Notes under the pieces: model-generated | What the model saw: the letters and a program-made list of their open reading frames with translations, nothing else | The model's database searches: none | What the model was told of the DNA's origin: nothing | Translations under genes and position numbers: made by a program | Part shown: one piece after another, positions 47,949-59,040 of the stretch | Position numbering within the stretch: the first letter of the stretch is position 1 | Layout: the number at the start of each line of letters is the position of its first letter | Virus record (IMG/VR): IMGVR_UViG_3300045955_000166 | Coordinates: 5,468 to 69,467 of that record | Origin: a virus | Length of the DNA: 64,000 nucleotides | Strand: one strand, 5' to 3'

Positions 47949-48447
47949 CCTGATTAAATTCTTTAATGGTTTCTTTCATCGCCCAACACAAGAACCAATA
48001 TATACAGAAGAAATCAAATGTGTTCCTTCATTTGATAATCTTCATTTATTTTCATCGAAAGGGATTATTATTGATGCTCCAGATCCTTACGTTATTATTG
48101 CTGGACCTTTTTATAAAAAGCCGAGTAACATAAGAGGATTATGTTTAGATGAAGAATTTTATACAATAAATAATGCAACAAATGATTGGTTATTTCCTAT
48201 ACCAGATTTTCAAGTACCAAAAGATAAGAGTGCTTTTAGACAGATTTTGGTAGACGTGTATCGTCATGCCAAAAAAGAAAAGATTGTTTATATAGGATGT
48301 AAAGGAGGATTTGGAAGAACAGGTATGGCTATTGCGTGTTTACTCAAGATGCATGGCAGTAAAAATCCTGTAAAAGAAGTTAGATTATTATATGATAAAA
48401 GAGCGGTTGAAACACCAGAACAAGAATCGTTTGTAACGAGATTTTAA
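47941..48447 (+). CDS. Protein tyrosine/dual-specificity phosphatase (CX5R)
   Basis: PIPDFQVP, IGCKGGFGRTG, RAVETPEQ..FV; SD AGGAG before ATG 47941. Confidence 0.9.
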   Translation: MFNLIKFFNGFFHRPTQEPIYTEEIKCVPSFDNLHLFSSKGIIIDAPDPYVIIAGPFYKKPSNIRGLCLDEEFYTINNATNDWLFPIPDFQVPKDKSAFRQILVDVYRHAKKEKIVYIGCKGGFGRTGMAIACLLKMHGSKNPVKEVRLLYDKRAVETPEQESFVTRF

Positions 48448-48458
48448 GGAAACAAATC

Positions 48459-49397
48459 ATGCCAATTATAGACTTGTATGTATCACCTGTACGCAAACCC
48501 TTCATGTACCCTGTTCTGGCAGAACGTTTATATGATTGGTATGATTTGTATAGTAAACATAAACGTTCTCCAGAAGCAGATATGTTTGCTTTTTATTATC
48601 TCAATCAATCTGTAAATGCTCTTGAAGGGTTATATGGGTTATATGGAAATCTCCAAGAAAAACAAGTTATTGTAGATGACTATATTACAACGACACTTGA
48701 TGTAGCAGAGCATATTGTTGTGTATCTTCTTTTTATATGTTTACGAGAAACACGACATGCATATAATAAAAATCCTAATTTTAAACATTGGGCAAATTTA
48801 CCAGAAAATAAAGAGACAGCAGCAGTAGTAATGTCTTTACGAAATACGGGACCTTTAAAAAGTATAGAGCAAGCTGTAAAATTTCTCCAAAAATCACAGT
48901 TGTCATTATGTACAATGCTTGAATCAATTTCTAAGTTATTTGTGTCAGGATGTTTTGGAATGTCATGTGGTGGAAAAAATTGGAAAGTTATTACAGATTT
49001 TACCTTAGATTATTTCAAAGGAAAACTCACAACAGAAATGTTTGTTGATTTGTGTTTTAACTTAGAGCACAATACCTCTGATATTTTTAATAAAGGCATT
49101 GTATTTACTGATAGTAGACCGTTTTTTAAGGCATTATTGGACATACAACATGAAGGAAAATTACCTGTTCTTATAAAATATGCCGAGAACATATTTAAAA
49201 ATTTAAATCAAAAAAAGGTTTATGAAGCTCTTGTAGAATATGAAACAATATTTCCGTTAGCTTCAGAGAATGAAGAATATCATTTGTTGAAGTACAACAT
49301 ACTTAAAGAGTTTATTTCCATTAATACAAGTCATAAAACGGTATTTCTCAAATTTCCTATAGCAAACGAGGTTTTCATTGAGAAAAGAAAAATGTAA
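48459..49397 (+). CDS. Protein of unknown function in the dikinase cluster
   Basis: 312 aa; distinctive ICLRETRH, GGKNW..I, D..F.LEHN...IFNK motifs. Confidence 0.65.
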   Translation: MPIIDLYVSPVRKPFMYPVLAERLYDWYDLYSKHKRSPEADMFAFYYLNQSVNALEGLYGLYGNLQEKQVIVDDYITTTLDVAEHIVVYLLFICLRETRHAYNKNPNFKHWANLPENKETAAVVMSLRNTGPLKSIEQAVKFLQKSQLSLCTMLESISKLFVSGCFGMSCGGKNWKVITDFTLDYFKGKLTTEMFVDLCFNLEHNTSDIFNKGIVFTDSRPFFKALLDIQHEGKLPVLIKYAENIFKNLNQKKVYEALVEYETIFPLASENEEYHLLKYNILKEFISINTSHKTVFLKFPIANEVFIEKRKM

Positions 49398-49869
49398 ACA
49401 TCCAGTTCTTATGATAAATGATACTTCGGTATATGGTGGTTCTATTTTTGATATACCGAAAAATGTTGCAGATCATTATTTTCTTTTAGATGGAGGTATT
49501 AAAACCAGTAATACCTCCTATGTTACCGTACATCATATACCAAATTGGGGAGTACCAAAGGATATCCATTCATTCAATCAATGTTTAGAAAAAGCTGCAA
49601 TATTTGTCAATGAAGGATGTCCTATATTTGTTGGATGTTTAGGTGGACATGGGAGAACAGGATTATTTTTATCTATTCTTTTATTTCAGTTGACAAAAGA
49701 CAGGTTGAGTTTGTATAATTTAAGAGAACAATATTGCTACAAAGCCGTAGAGACAACTACACAATATAAATTTCTCATGGACTATGGTTTAGAAATTTAT
49801 GCATTAGATTATAAGCGAGTAAAAGAAAAAGAAGAACAACGGAGAACATATGGAAAAAAGCCCACATAA
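49378..49869 (+). CDS. Second CX5R phosphatase
   Basis: IPNWGVP, VGCLGGHGRTG, YCYKAVETTTQ. Confidence 0.88.
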   Translation: MRKEKCKHPVLMINDTSVYGGSIFDIPKNVADHYFLLDGGIKTSNTSYVTVHHIPNWGVPKDIHSFNQCLEKAAIFVNEGCPIFVGCLGGHGRTGLFLSILLFQLTKDRLSLYNLREQYCYKAVETTTQYKFLMDYGLEIYALDYKRVKEKEEQRRTYGKKPT

Positions 49870-50188
49870 AATGTATGATATTGTTTTAGGAAAGACTGGA
49901 TCAAAATATATACTTATCGCTCAAAGTGCAGAATTAGATATCACAGTACGTATAACACCTGTGAATGTTACTTTTCATGCATATATACATGATACAGAAA
50001 ATGAAAATATTAAAAAATATATAGAAAAATTGGGATTTAATTATAATATTCAATATTGGTCAGGACGATTTATGGTAGGAACAAAATTAAATAAATTAAT
50101 TGTTATCGGAGGTATTTTATATGCATTGACAGATGTTGTACAATGGACAACTCCTTGGCCTGATTCAAAGTTATTATTTAGTGTATAA
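49850..50188 (+). CDS. Hypothetical protein
   Basis: SD GGAG; overlaps phosphatase stop; last gene before polymerase. Confidence 0.55.
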   Translation: MEKSPHKMYDIVLGKTGSKYILIAQSAELDITVRITPVNVTFHAYIHDTENENIKKYIEKLGFNYNIQYWSGRFMVGTKLNKLIVIGGILYALTDVVQWTTPWPDSKLLFSV

Positions 50189-50198
50189 GGGTTAGATT

Positions 50199-52457
50199 AT
50201 GTTTACTATATGGGGTTCTTCATTAGAAGGGTATTTATCATTCTTTAAAGGATTTGATTATCAGTTATATGATAAAGGTTCAGTACCTACTGATGGTTTG
50301 ATATTGGCATTAGGAAATCCAGCTTTACAAGTCCTAAAAGATGAAGGATTGATTGCCAAGAATAGAACACTTGCATCATTACAAGATGATATTTATGCAT
50401 ATGAGAATGCCTTTATATTGCCTACATATCATCCAGAGGAAATAGAAGAAGATTATACAAAAAACTTCGATTTGATATGGCGACTAAAACAAATAGCTCG
50501 GTATGAAACAACAGGAACTTTTAATGTTGAATTACCGCCTATGTCATGGGTATCAGATCTTCAAGAATTATATAAACATGCTAGTCAAAACAAATGGGTA
50601 GCATTTGATATAGAGACACAAGGTTCAGATCCTTTTAATGCAAACAACTATATCATTTGTTTCACATTTTCCTCTGGAGAATATTCGTGTGGAGTGTACA
50701 TTAACGGTCAATTACCAAAGAAAATTCATGAACAATTAACGTTCATATTAAATAATTTACTTTGGAAAGTAGAAGGTGCAAATCTCAAGTATGATTTGTT
50801 ATGGTTAAAAGTAAAATATGGAATCACGTGTATAAATTTTGCATGTGATACGACACTTATAGGTTCATTACTTGATGAAAATAGATCGAATAGTCTCACA
50901 TTACATTCTCGTATTTTTACTCCATGGGGAGGATATGATAGTCAACTCAATAAAAAATATGATAAGAATAATATGGCAGAAGTGCCAATAGAGGAATTAG
51001 GTCCTTATGCTATAGGTGATGCCATAGCAGAATACAAAGTAGGTGAAATATTTCGGCAACAATTAAAAGAAGAAGAACTTAAAATACGTAAAGTTCATAG
51101 GAGAGTTGGTCCCATGAACTTTTATCAAAAGCTACTCCATCCTATTGCCCGTACTTTTGAAGATATAGAGTACAGAGGTATTCATGTTGATCTCGAATAT
51201 CTAAATGCTTTAGAAATGGAAGTTGCATATGAAATATCTGAAGTGTCACAGAAAGCATTACAATTAATACCAAAATCTCTCCAAAGAAAATATGCAGATA
51301 ACTTGAGTATTACACGTGCTTCTTTGTTACAAGATTATCTGTTTACTCCTGAAGGATTAAATTTAGAACCATTTGTTGTAACACCAAAATCAAATAAACC
51401 ATCTACGTCATATAAAGATCATTTATATCAATTTAAAACACATCCAAAAGCAGGTAAATTTATTGAGTATCTTAAACGATATAGTGAATTGAATAAGATA
51501 CTTAGTACCTATATTGTAGGATTCAAAACCCATATACGAGAAGATGGTAAATTCCATCCATCAGTCATATTACATAGGGGAAGTTTTGAAGATGGGAGTA
51601 GGGGAGGTACAGTTACAGGTAGGATAGGATGGAAAAATCCTCCATTAATGGTGCTACCTTCGCATACAATAGATGCAGAACGTATACGAAAAATGTTTGT
51701 TGCTCCACCTGGATATATGATTGTAGGAGCAGATTTGAGTCAAGCAGAGTTACGATTGGTAGCCCATTTATCGAAAGATCCAGTAATGATGCAAGCATTC
51801 AAAGAAGGAAAAGATCTCCATAAGGTTACAGCATATAATACACTCGGAATTACTGAACAACAATTTTTTAATTTACCAATAGATAAACAGAAACATTATA
51901 GACAAGTAGCGAAGTCACAAAATTTTGGCCTTGTTTATGTTATGGGGTTTAGGGGGTTGCAAGTTTATGCAGAGAAATCCTATGGAGTAGCATTCTCATT
52001 AGATGATGCTCAGAAATACTATAATTCGTTTCATGCAACATATAAGAATATTAAACCATGGCATAAGAAATGTATCTCCCATGCCTATGAACATGGGTAT
52101 ATGGTGTCATTATTAGGACGTATACGACATCTCCCACAGATCTATTCTTCTATTGATAAGATAAGACAACAAGCAGAAAGAAGATCAACGAATGCTCCTG
52201 TACAAGCAGATGCAAGTGATTTGAATTTGTTGGCAGTATTAGAAATCAGTAAAGATCCTAACGTTCAAGTATGGGGTACGATTCATGATAGTATTTATGC
52301 CTATGCACCAGAGCATATAGCTATTGAATGTGCTCAAAAATTAAAATGGACTATGGAGAATTTGCCAACAGAGCAATTTGGATGTTCGTTGAGTGTACCT
52401 CTTGTGGCCGATGTTAAAGTGGGTTACAATCTTTCTGAAATGGAAGAAATAAAATAA
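50199..52457 (+). CDS. polA: Family A DNA polymerase with N-terminal UDG-like remnant and 3'-5' exonuclease
   Basis: LALGNPAL...PTYHP (SPO1-type N-domain); FDIET, NLKYD, YAIGD; motif A DLSQAELR, motif B RQVAKSQNFGLVY, motif C IHDS. Confidence 0.95.
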   Translation: MFTIWGSSLEGYLSFFKGFDYQLYDKGSVPTDGLILALGNPALQVLKDEGLIAKNRTLASLQDDIYAYENAFILPTYHPEEIEEDYTKNFDLIWRLKQIARYETTGTFNVELPPMSWVSDLQELYKHASQNKWVAFDIETQGSDPFNANNYIICFTFSSGEYSCGVYINGQLPKKIHEQLTFILNNLLWKVEGANLKYDLLWLKVKYGITCINFACDTTLIGSLLDENRSNSLTLHSRIFTPWGGYDSQLNKKYDKNNMAEVPIEELGPYAIGDAIAEYKVGEIFRQQLKEEELKIRKVHRRVGPMNFYQKLLHPIARTFEDIEYRGIHVDLEYLNALEMEVAYEISEVSQKALQLIPKSLQRKYADNLSITRASLLQDYLFTPEGLNLEPFVVTPKSNKPSTSYKDHLYQFKTHPKAGKFIEYLKRYSELNKILSTYIVGFKTHIREDGKFHPSVILHRGSFEDGSRGGTVTGRIGWKNPPLMVLPSHTIDAERIRKMFVAPPGYMIVGADLSQAELRLVAHLSKDPVMMQAFKEGKDLHKVTAYNTLGITEQQFFNLPIDKQKHYRQVAKSQNFGLVYVMGFRGLQVYAEKSYGVAFSLDDAQKYYNSFHATYKNIKPWHKKCISHAYEHGYMVSLLGRIRHLPQIYSSIDKIRQQAERRSTNAPVQADASDLNLLAVLEISKDPNVQVWGTIHDSIYAYAPEHIAIECAQKLKWTMENLPTEQFGCSLSVPLVADVKVGYNLSEMEEIK

Positions 52458-52474
52458 TTTAATAGGAGGAACAA

Positions 52475-52780
52475 ATGGAAGAAAAAGAATATGTGTATAG
52501 ACAAATTAATGATGTGTATATTACAGGAGAAAGATTAATAGATCTTGTGAAAGAGTTTCAACGATATATAGAAAAATATGGTTCTACAATTCGATTAGAG
52601 TACAAGTATGATGGACATACATATTCTGGTTTTGAATTTTATTTTGAATATAAAGATTTAGAGACAGATGAGGAATATCAACAACGATTACATTCAAAAG
52701 AACTTGCACAGAAAATCGTGGAAGAAAAAGAAAAAGAAACATTAAAGAAACTTATGGAGAAGTATTTCCCTAATGTTTAA
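52475..52780 (+). CDS. Hypothetical protein
   Basis: ETDEEY..R...L.KL.EKY pattern common in phage ORFs; SD AGGAGG. Confidence 0.6.
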   Translation: MEEKEYVYRQINDVYITGERLIDLVKEFQRYIEKYGSTIRLEYKYDGHTYSGFEFYFEYKDLETDEEYQQRLHSKELAQKIVEEKEKETLKKLMEKYFPNV

Positions 52781-53204
52781 ACTTACATATACTGAATTGA
52801 AAAAATTTGATTTTGATTTGCTTATTAGTTTTACAGAAAAAGCAAACACTCTCATGTGGTACTATGAATCTGGTATGCTTGCACAAATAATACGATGTGA
52901 AACACAAGTAATTTATAACGTACCACTTATTTATTTAGAATTTGATTGTACTGCTTATGCAGACTATAATAAACAATATGAACGAATGATCTACTATACA
53001 AATGATATGTCACAACAACAAACAGCTACGGATATGGGATTACAAAAGACAAGAGATTATGCATACTTTGCATCGAATACAGATTTTAATGAATGGTTCA
53101 CAATATTGAACGGAAAATTTTGGGAGGAATATAAAGAAATACAAAGAGAAGAACCGTATTTATATTGGTTAGAAAACGAATTATATAAAGCAAGAAATCA
53201 TTGA
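52773..53204 (+). CDS. Hypothetical protein
   Basis: 143-aa ORF in operon. Confidence 0.55.
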   Translation: MFKLTYTELKKFDFDLLISFTEKANTLMWYYESGMLAQIIRCETQVIYNVPLIYLEFDCTAYADYNKQYERMIYYTNDMSQQQTATDMGLQKTRDYAYFASNTDFNEWFTILNGKFWEEYKEIQREEPYLYWLENELYKARNH

Positions 53205-53229
53205 AATAATTCTAAAGATATACTATAAT
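53201..53229 (+). promoter_or_regulatory. sigma70-type promoter for accessory region
   Basis: TTGAAA-17 bp-TATAAT. Confidence 0.65.
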
Positions 53230-53267
53230 TATAGTATCGAACACTTTTATACATAAAGGAAAAAAAC

Positions 53268-53510
53268 ATGGAAAATTTGACATTGAATGAATTACAAGTT
53301 ATGATAGGGAATCTTGCTCATGGTATGGCATTGTTATCAGAAGCATTTACGGATTATGCAAAATCAATAGGTGAATGTATGATGACAAGTAACACTATTA
53401 TTGAAGATAAATTCCAAGAAATTGATCAATCATTAGTAAAGATAAATGAGAAAATTGATACAGCAGGTTCATTGTTAGAACTTAGTTTATGTGGACCACA
53501 TAAAAATTAA
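53268..53510 (+). CDS. Hypothetical coiled-coil protein
   Basis: SD AAGGA, downstream of promoter. Confidence 0.55.
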   Translation: MENLTLNELQVMIGNLAHGMALLSEAFTDYAKSIGECMMTSNTIIEDKFQEIDQSLVKINEKIDTAGSLLELSLCGPHKN

Positions 53511-53531
53511 ATTATTTAAGGAGGGTTTTAT

Positions 53532-53684
53532 ATGGCTGGTCATAATGTTGATAGAAAAAAAGCCCAACGTAATTTGAATAAGCGTATTGAAGGATGGCAA
53601 AAAACTATTACTATGCCATCCAGTACAACCCCTAAACCCAATGATAAAAATTTTACAAAACCAGGATCTCATAAAAAAAGTTAA
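53532..53684 (+). CDS. Small basic protein (not in ORF track)
   Basis: SD AAGGAGG; MAGHNVDRKKAQRNLNKRIEGWQ...FTKPGSHKKS. Confidence 0.55.
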   Translation: MAGHNVDRKKAQRNLNKRIEGWQKTITMPSSTTPKPNDKNFTKPGSHKKS

Positions 53685-54895
53685 AAGGAGAAAGATGGAG
53701 ATGAAACAATATTGTCAAATTTGTGGATTTTTTAAAGAAGATGCCATACAAAGAAATTATCCACAACTAGAAGCAAAAGGTATTAAATGGCTTGTTGTAC
53801 TCTGTGATATATGTTATGAAGGTTTGCGAGCACGAAAAACCACTATGAAAGATTGGATGCAGCAGAAGGTTTGTGTACCTTATACATCAAATGGCCCTGA
53901 GCAACAATTAGAAGATACAATACATCTTCATATTACAACACTAGAAGGTGTTGAATTAGGTGATGTACAATTTGAATCAAAAACATTGAGAGGATATGTA
54001 TGGGGTAAACTTCGCGCATACGAGTATCAACACAGAGATAAATCATTAATTGGATGGCAACCAGTTTTATATGTAACAATACATAATGATTATCGTACAA
54101 CACATCATTTTGTAACACCTACTGGGCAAAAATTATATACGGCTACAAAATTTATGGTGTACAATAAAAAGGGGTATATGCAGTAAATGAGAACAAAATG
54201 GATAAATCATTGTAATCATGACTCACAGTTTTGTATTGGTTCAGTACAAGGTGAAGAACGAATTTATGATGTTTATGTTTATCCTGCACATGGAACACAT
54301 GAAGTGTGTGCAAGGTATGGTAATAATCCAAAAGATTGTTTAAGCACAGGTCTTATTGGAGATCTTTTCCGGTTAAGTACATTATCAGATGACTATATGA
54401 CTATATGTAACTTTTTATTACAACACGGTTCCCTTCAATATTGTCGTATATAGGAAAGAGCTATGGAACTTCCTAAAACAGCAATTCGATGTATGTGTCA
54501 ACATATGTTTTGTCAATTGTGTAAAGAAGATTGGAATGATTATCTTGTAACAGCAGAGTATTTATGGCATAAATTTCAGCCACTTTCTTATGAAAGTCCA
54601 TATACACATCGTACAGGTAAAGTTGGGCTAACAGATGATTTAGAGACAGTCATAAAGAAAGGAATAAAATCCCAAGAGCTAATAACATTGTTACAACCAT
54701 TAGTACAGGAGAAAAAATAATGACATTAGATGAAATAATCCAACGATTAAAGATTGTTGAAACAGAAATACAAGAACTTCATAATGCACTTATGACATTA
54801 AGTGTGTTAGTGCATAGATTAGAAGGACGAATAAATACAGTAGCTGCTGTAGGTTCTGTTATTACTCCTCCAAACATTAGGTACAAGGTACAATC

Positions 54896-55411
54896 ATGAA
54901 TCCAGTATGTGTGATGTTAATGGGTATTCCTGGTTCTGGTAAGACACGATTGGCATTAAACATACAAAAAAAATGGTCAGAGAAAAATTATCATATTTTA
55001 AGTACAGATGATATCTTTACAGAATTAGGAAAATCCCATGGATGGTCTTATAATGATGCATTCAATAGGATTCCATTTCAAACTGTTGAAGATATATTTT
55101 ATGATAGATATATAGAATATGTTGCCGATAGAAAAAACATCATTATTGATCAAACAAATGTTACACGATATGCACGACAGAAAAAATTAAATTATTTAAC
55201 TTCTGATTATATCAGAGTTGGTATCTATGTTGATACTCCTCTACAAGAGATTCGTAGACGATTAGAGTTACGTTTTGAAGAAACAGGAAAAGATATTCCC
55301 GAAGAAAATATAAAAAATATGATTTCAAAATTTCAAGTACCTACGTTGGCTGAATTTGATAATCTTTTTTTCACAAGTAAATTAACAAAGCTGAAAGATT
55401 TATTTGCATGA
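54896..55411 (+). CDS. P-loop kinase (AAA_33 / polynucleotide kinase-like)
   Basis: GIPGSGKT, LSTDD, IIDQTN...R, R...R..ETGK.IP. Confidence 0.85.
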   Translation: MNPVCVMLMGIPGSGKTRLALNIQKKWSEKNYHILSTDDIFTELGKSHGWSYNDAFNRIPFQTVEDIFYDRYIEYVADRKNIIIDQTNVTRYARQKKLNYLTSDYIRVGIYVDTPLQEIRRRLELRFEETGKDIPEENIKNMISKFQVPTLAEFDNLFFTSKLTKLKDLFA

Positions 55412-56017
55412 ATCAGATTATGGTGTGGACAATGTATAAAGAAGAATTAGATAATCTTATTAACAGAATTTATAAAAGAACATATTCTTCATATAAGTAT
55501 GAAGAAGATAAGATTATCTATGTACCATACATTGAACCACGTCCATTGTTATCCTATGAAAGAGTACAAACATTTAAGAGTGGAGCAATAGTCTATAATT
55601 TAAGTAAAGATGCTGTATGGGATTTTATGGAGAACGGATATCTTCCACAAGGAAACTATTTAATACTCTGAGGTATATTATGTTTAAATGGTTACATGAA
55701 TGTCTTTATAAACTGTATAATCTTCAAGAAACAGAAGTGACATATGTGTGTGATATGTGTCATAAAACTGTAACAGATACGATTTATATTCGTATGGATA
55801 TCCTTTCATATTGTTGTGATGAATGTTATACGTCAATGTTTTCTAATAAAGAAAGAGTCCATGAATAAAATAGGGATGAAATATGTATGTGGGACATGTG
55901 GGCAGATGACTCTTAGGTATTTCCCTGTATACGAATGGTTTCCAACATATACTATGTGTAGTTTTTGTAGTAAAGATGCTGAAGTTATACGAGAACAAAA
56001 AGAAAAGGTACGAATAA

Positions 56018-56248
56018 ATGATACGTATTACTTATCAAGAATCTCAAGATCTTCTTAGTAATTGTAATGTAGGTTATTATTGTCATAGTGAAGGTATTCC
56101 TGCAAAAAATGGAGCACCTTCTGTAGTAGGATTACAAAATGGAGAAATTTATTTATTTATGCCCGAAGAAATAGGTAATGAACAATGGAATGAATTAATG
56201 GAAAAACAAGTAGAAGAACTTATAGATTTTTTAGATAAGGAAACATAA
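56018..56248 (+). CDS. Hypothetical protein, paralog of 59439..59708
   Basis: Shared VG...G.PAK..A..V....NG....F...EI..EQW.E. Confidence 0.6.
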   Translation: MIRITYQESQDLLSNCNVGYYCHSEGIPAKNGAPSVVGLQNGEIYLFMPEEIGNEQWNELMEKQVEELIDFLDKET

Positions 56249-56822
56249 TGGAACTCAGTAATAATTTAAAGGACATATTAGAAGCCTTAGATAAAACAGG
56301 AATAGATTGTATATGTGAATGTAATCCTGATACCTATTTTGTAACGTGTGGTAACATAACTTTCAATTTTGATGTGAACGAAAAATTAGTTGGAATAGGT
56401 TTTGTAAAACCTGATATTACACAGTATGCATATGTGGGTTTATTAAATAATTAAAGGACAACATATGGCTACGAAAAAACCTGCAAAAACTGCCCAAAAA
56501 ACTTCTACAGCAAATGTAACAAGAGTCCCTAGTTATTGGGTATTTACTTCATTTGAGGGAAAAGGGAAAGCCAAATATCCAGTAAAGGGTTACACAGATC
56601 TATATGATGCTCAAATGCACGCAACAGATATAGATGGTTATGTAGTAGATATGTATGTAAGGGCAATAAAATGAACGAGCACACAGAAGAATATAACGAT
56701 GAAGAAGATGATATATTTGATTATGAACAATACATATATTATCAAGTATATTACACATATAAAGATAAATTTGAGAAACAACCTGATGAAAATATACTAC
56801 AAGAAATACAGAAATATATATC

Positions 56823-57350
56823 ATGAAAGTTATAAGTGGTGGACAGACAGGTGTTGACATTGGCGGTTTGCTTGCGGCAAGAGATGTAGGTTATAATACA
56901 GGTGGATATGCAGCTAAAGGATATCGTAATGAAAATGGATATAAAGACAAAAAATTACAACAAGAATTAGGATTAATAGATAACAAATTATCGTATAAGG
57001 AACGTACACAAGCAAATATCGAAGTGAGTGATGCAACAATTATTGTCGCTAAAAATTTAGCTAGTCCTGGTACAGCATTGACATTAAAATTCCTTACAGA
57101 GTTTTATCATAAACCTTATTTTGTTTTTCGTATGACGTATAAACAAGATGAATATAACATGCAGAAACATGCATTAATTTATTGGCTTTTATTACGTCAA
57201 TGTGATATACTTAATATAGGGGGCAATAGAGAGAGTGTAGCACCAGGCATACAAAAGTATATATACAATATGCTCACAAAAATATTTACTTTTTATGATG
57301 ATAAAATATGGGAAGAATTTATACATAAAAAATTAAGGAAAAAAGAATGA
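56823..57350 (+). CDS. SLOG family protein (cpYpsA / putative molybdenum carrier family)
   Basis: VISGGQTGVD.GGL.AA, RT..NI..SDAT, SPGT.LT, LNIGGNRES. Confidence 0.88.
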   Translation: MKVISGGQTGVDIGGLLAARDVGYNTGGYAAKGYRNENGYKDKKLQQELGLIDNKLSYKERTQANIEVSDATIIVAKNLASPGTALTLKFLTEFYHKPYFVFRMTYKQDEYNMQKHALIYWLLLRQCDILNIGGNRESVAPGIQKYIYNMLTKIFTFYDDKIWEEFIHKKLRKKE

Positions 57351-57813
57351 CAAAAACACAATTTAAGAAAGCATTGATTGCACTTGTGCCACAGATAGAA
57401 GATTGGATGACAGATGAGAATCTTACTGAAGCAGCAATATATGTAGCTGTTATTGGATGGTGTTTTCAATTTCCTGAGAATCATTTGACAATAGAAATTA
57501 AACCACATATTAAGGAGCTATATAACTCAGGTGATTTTAAATTTGATCTTGAATCTGAATCAACAGAAATAAATAATACAGATGGGAATGTTGGACAATA
57601 TCTCTAAAGGATATTATTATGGTACAATATGTTGAAAATGGTTTTGTGGATGAAGTAACAGGTGATTATCATATAGGAGGTATGTGGTATTTTTGGGATG
57701 AATCAATGTCACATATATATGGTCCTTATGAAACAAGAGAAGATGCAGAAGATGTCGAAGAATTTTATCATAAAGTGTATCTTGGTGATTAAATAATTTA
57801 ACAGGGGAATCAT

Positions 57814-58110
57814 ATGAAGGAAATCTATAGGTACTACAGAGATGTACATAGTATGCCAGTAGTAACAGAATGTGCCCTGTATAATGATCAACATGAATTA
57901 CTTGCACTTGGGTATGCAGTATGTTCGGCATGGGATCAATGTCAAAAAGCAATAGGACGAAACATTGCAAAAGAACGAGCACATTATGCATTAGAAATGG
58001 AAGATAGTGTAGCATTACCTATTTCACGAATTAAGGTACTACGAAAACTCACATCTCTTTCACAAGAGTTACCTGCATGGAAAGCTATTAAGGTACAACA
58101 AAATGATTGA
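57814..58110 (+). CDS. Phage protein of unknown function
   Basis: G.A.CS..DQ..K.IGR.IA..RA pattern. Confidence 0.55.
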   Translation: MKEIYRYYRDVHSMPVVTECALYNDQHELLALGYAVCSAWDQCQKAIGRNIAKERAHYALEMEDSVALPISRIKVLRKLTSLSQELPAWKAIKVQQND

Positions 58111-58415
58111 TGTTCTTATGTATCTATTTTATACGATACTTATTGTTGGGGTTATTGTAGGTATATCATATTTTATTATGTCTATGTTTGAGGATAAATT
58201 CTAATGACACTAACAGATCAAGCAATTTATGAACTTGAAAAATGTTTACAACGAATGAAGTTTTATAAGAAGTTCCCTGGATATGGAAACTATCATGCTC
58301 TCACATTACGTGCTTCAAGAGAAGTACGATATATACTAGGCCAATGGAACAATACTGCTGCACAATTAAAAAACAAAGCCGAAAAAGATGATAAAGAAAA
58401 ATTATGGGGGAGTAA

Positions 58416-58589
58416 ATGATATTTAAAGATTTATATATAGGTGATGTATTTTATTATCTTGGAGAAAAATTTGTGAAAATAATCGACTCAAATTATTTTG
58501 GTGATATTGATTTTAATAATGTTGTTTCATTACATGAACCATATTTGATGCATATTCACGAAGATGCAGAAGTTACCTTTATTAAATAA
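58416..58589 (+). CDS. Small protein (not in ORF track), paralog of 60021..60215
   Basis: MIFKDLYIGDVFYY...VK vs MTIKDLKQGNYFYY...LK. Confidence 0.5.
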   Translation: MIFKDLYIGDVFYYLGEKFVKIIDSNYFGDIDFNNVVSLHEPYLMHIHEDAEVTFIK

Positions 58590-58602
58590 AGGAAAAATAA
58601 AA

Positions 58603-59031
58603 ATGGATATGGAAAGCCAATTAGAAGATATGATTGGCTATACTATTAAAGTATGCCAAATGGATACCGCAAAAGAATATATTCGTTTTATAACGAATGA
58701 TGATCATATATTTCTTTATGAAGTATATGGTGACTGTTGTTCTTCAACATGGATTGAACATATAACAGGAATTGATTTTTTATTACAAGGAAAAATATCA
58801 AAAATAGATAATAAAAACATAGGCCAAAAATGGTTAGAGAAGAATATGCATAATGATGACAATGAAAATTTATATCGTCAATATTATATGACAACGATAT
58901 ATACACATAGAGGCCAATGTGATATTGAATATAGAAATGATAGTAATGGTTTTTATGGGGGTGATTTAGAATCAAAGAACATATCATATTATTCACATTT
59001 AGTATTTAATGATATAACCCAAGATTTTTAA
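58603..59031 (+). CDS. Phage protein of unknown function
   Basis: GDCCSSTWIE...T..G....YRN.SNGFYGG motif. Confidence 0.65.
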   Translation: MDMESQLEDMIGYTIKVCQMDTAKEYIRFITNDDHIFLYEVYGDCCSSTWIEHITGIDFLLQGKISKIDNKNIGQKWLEKNMHNDDNENLYRQYYMTTIYTHRGQCDIEYRNDSNGFYGGDLESKNISYYSHLVFNDITQDF

Positions 59032-59040
59032 ATAATTGAA

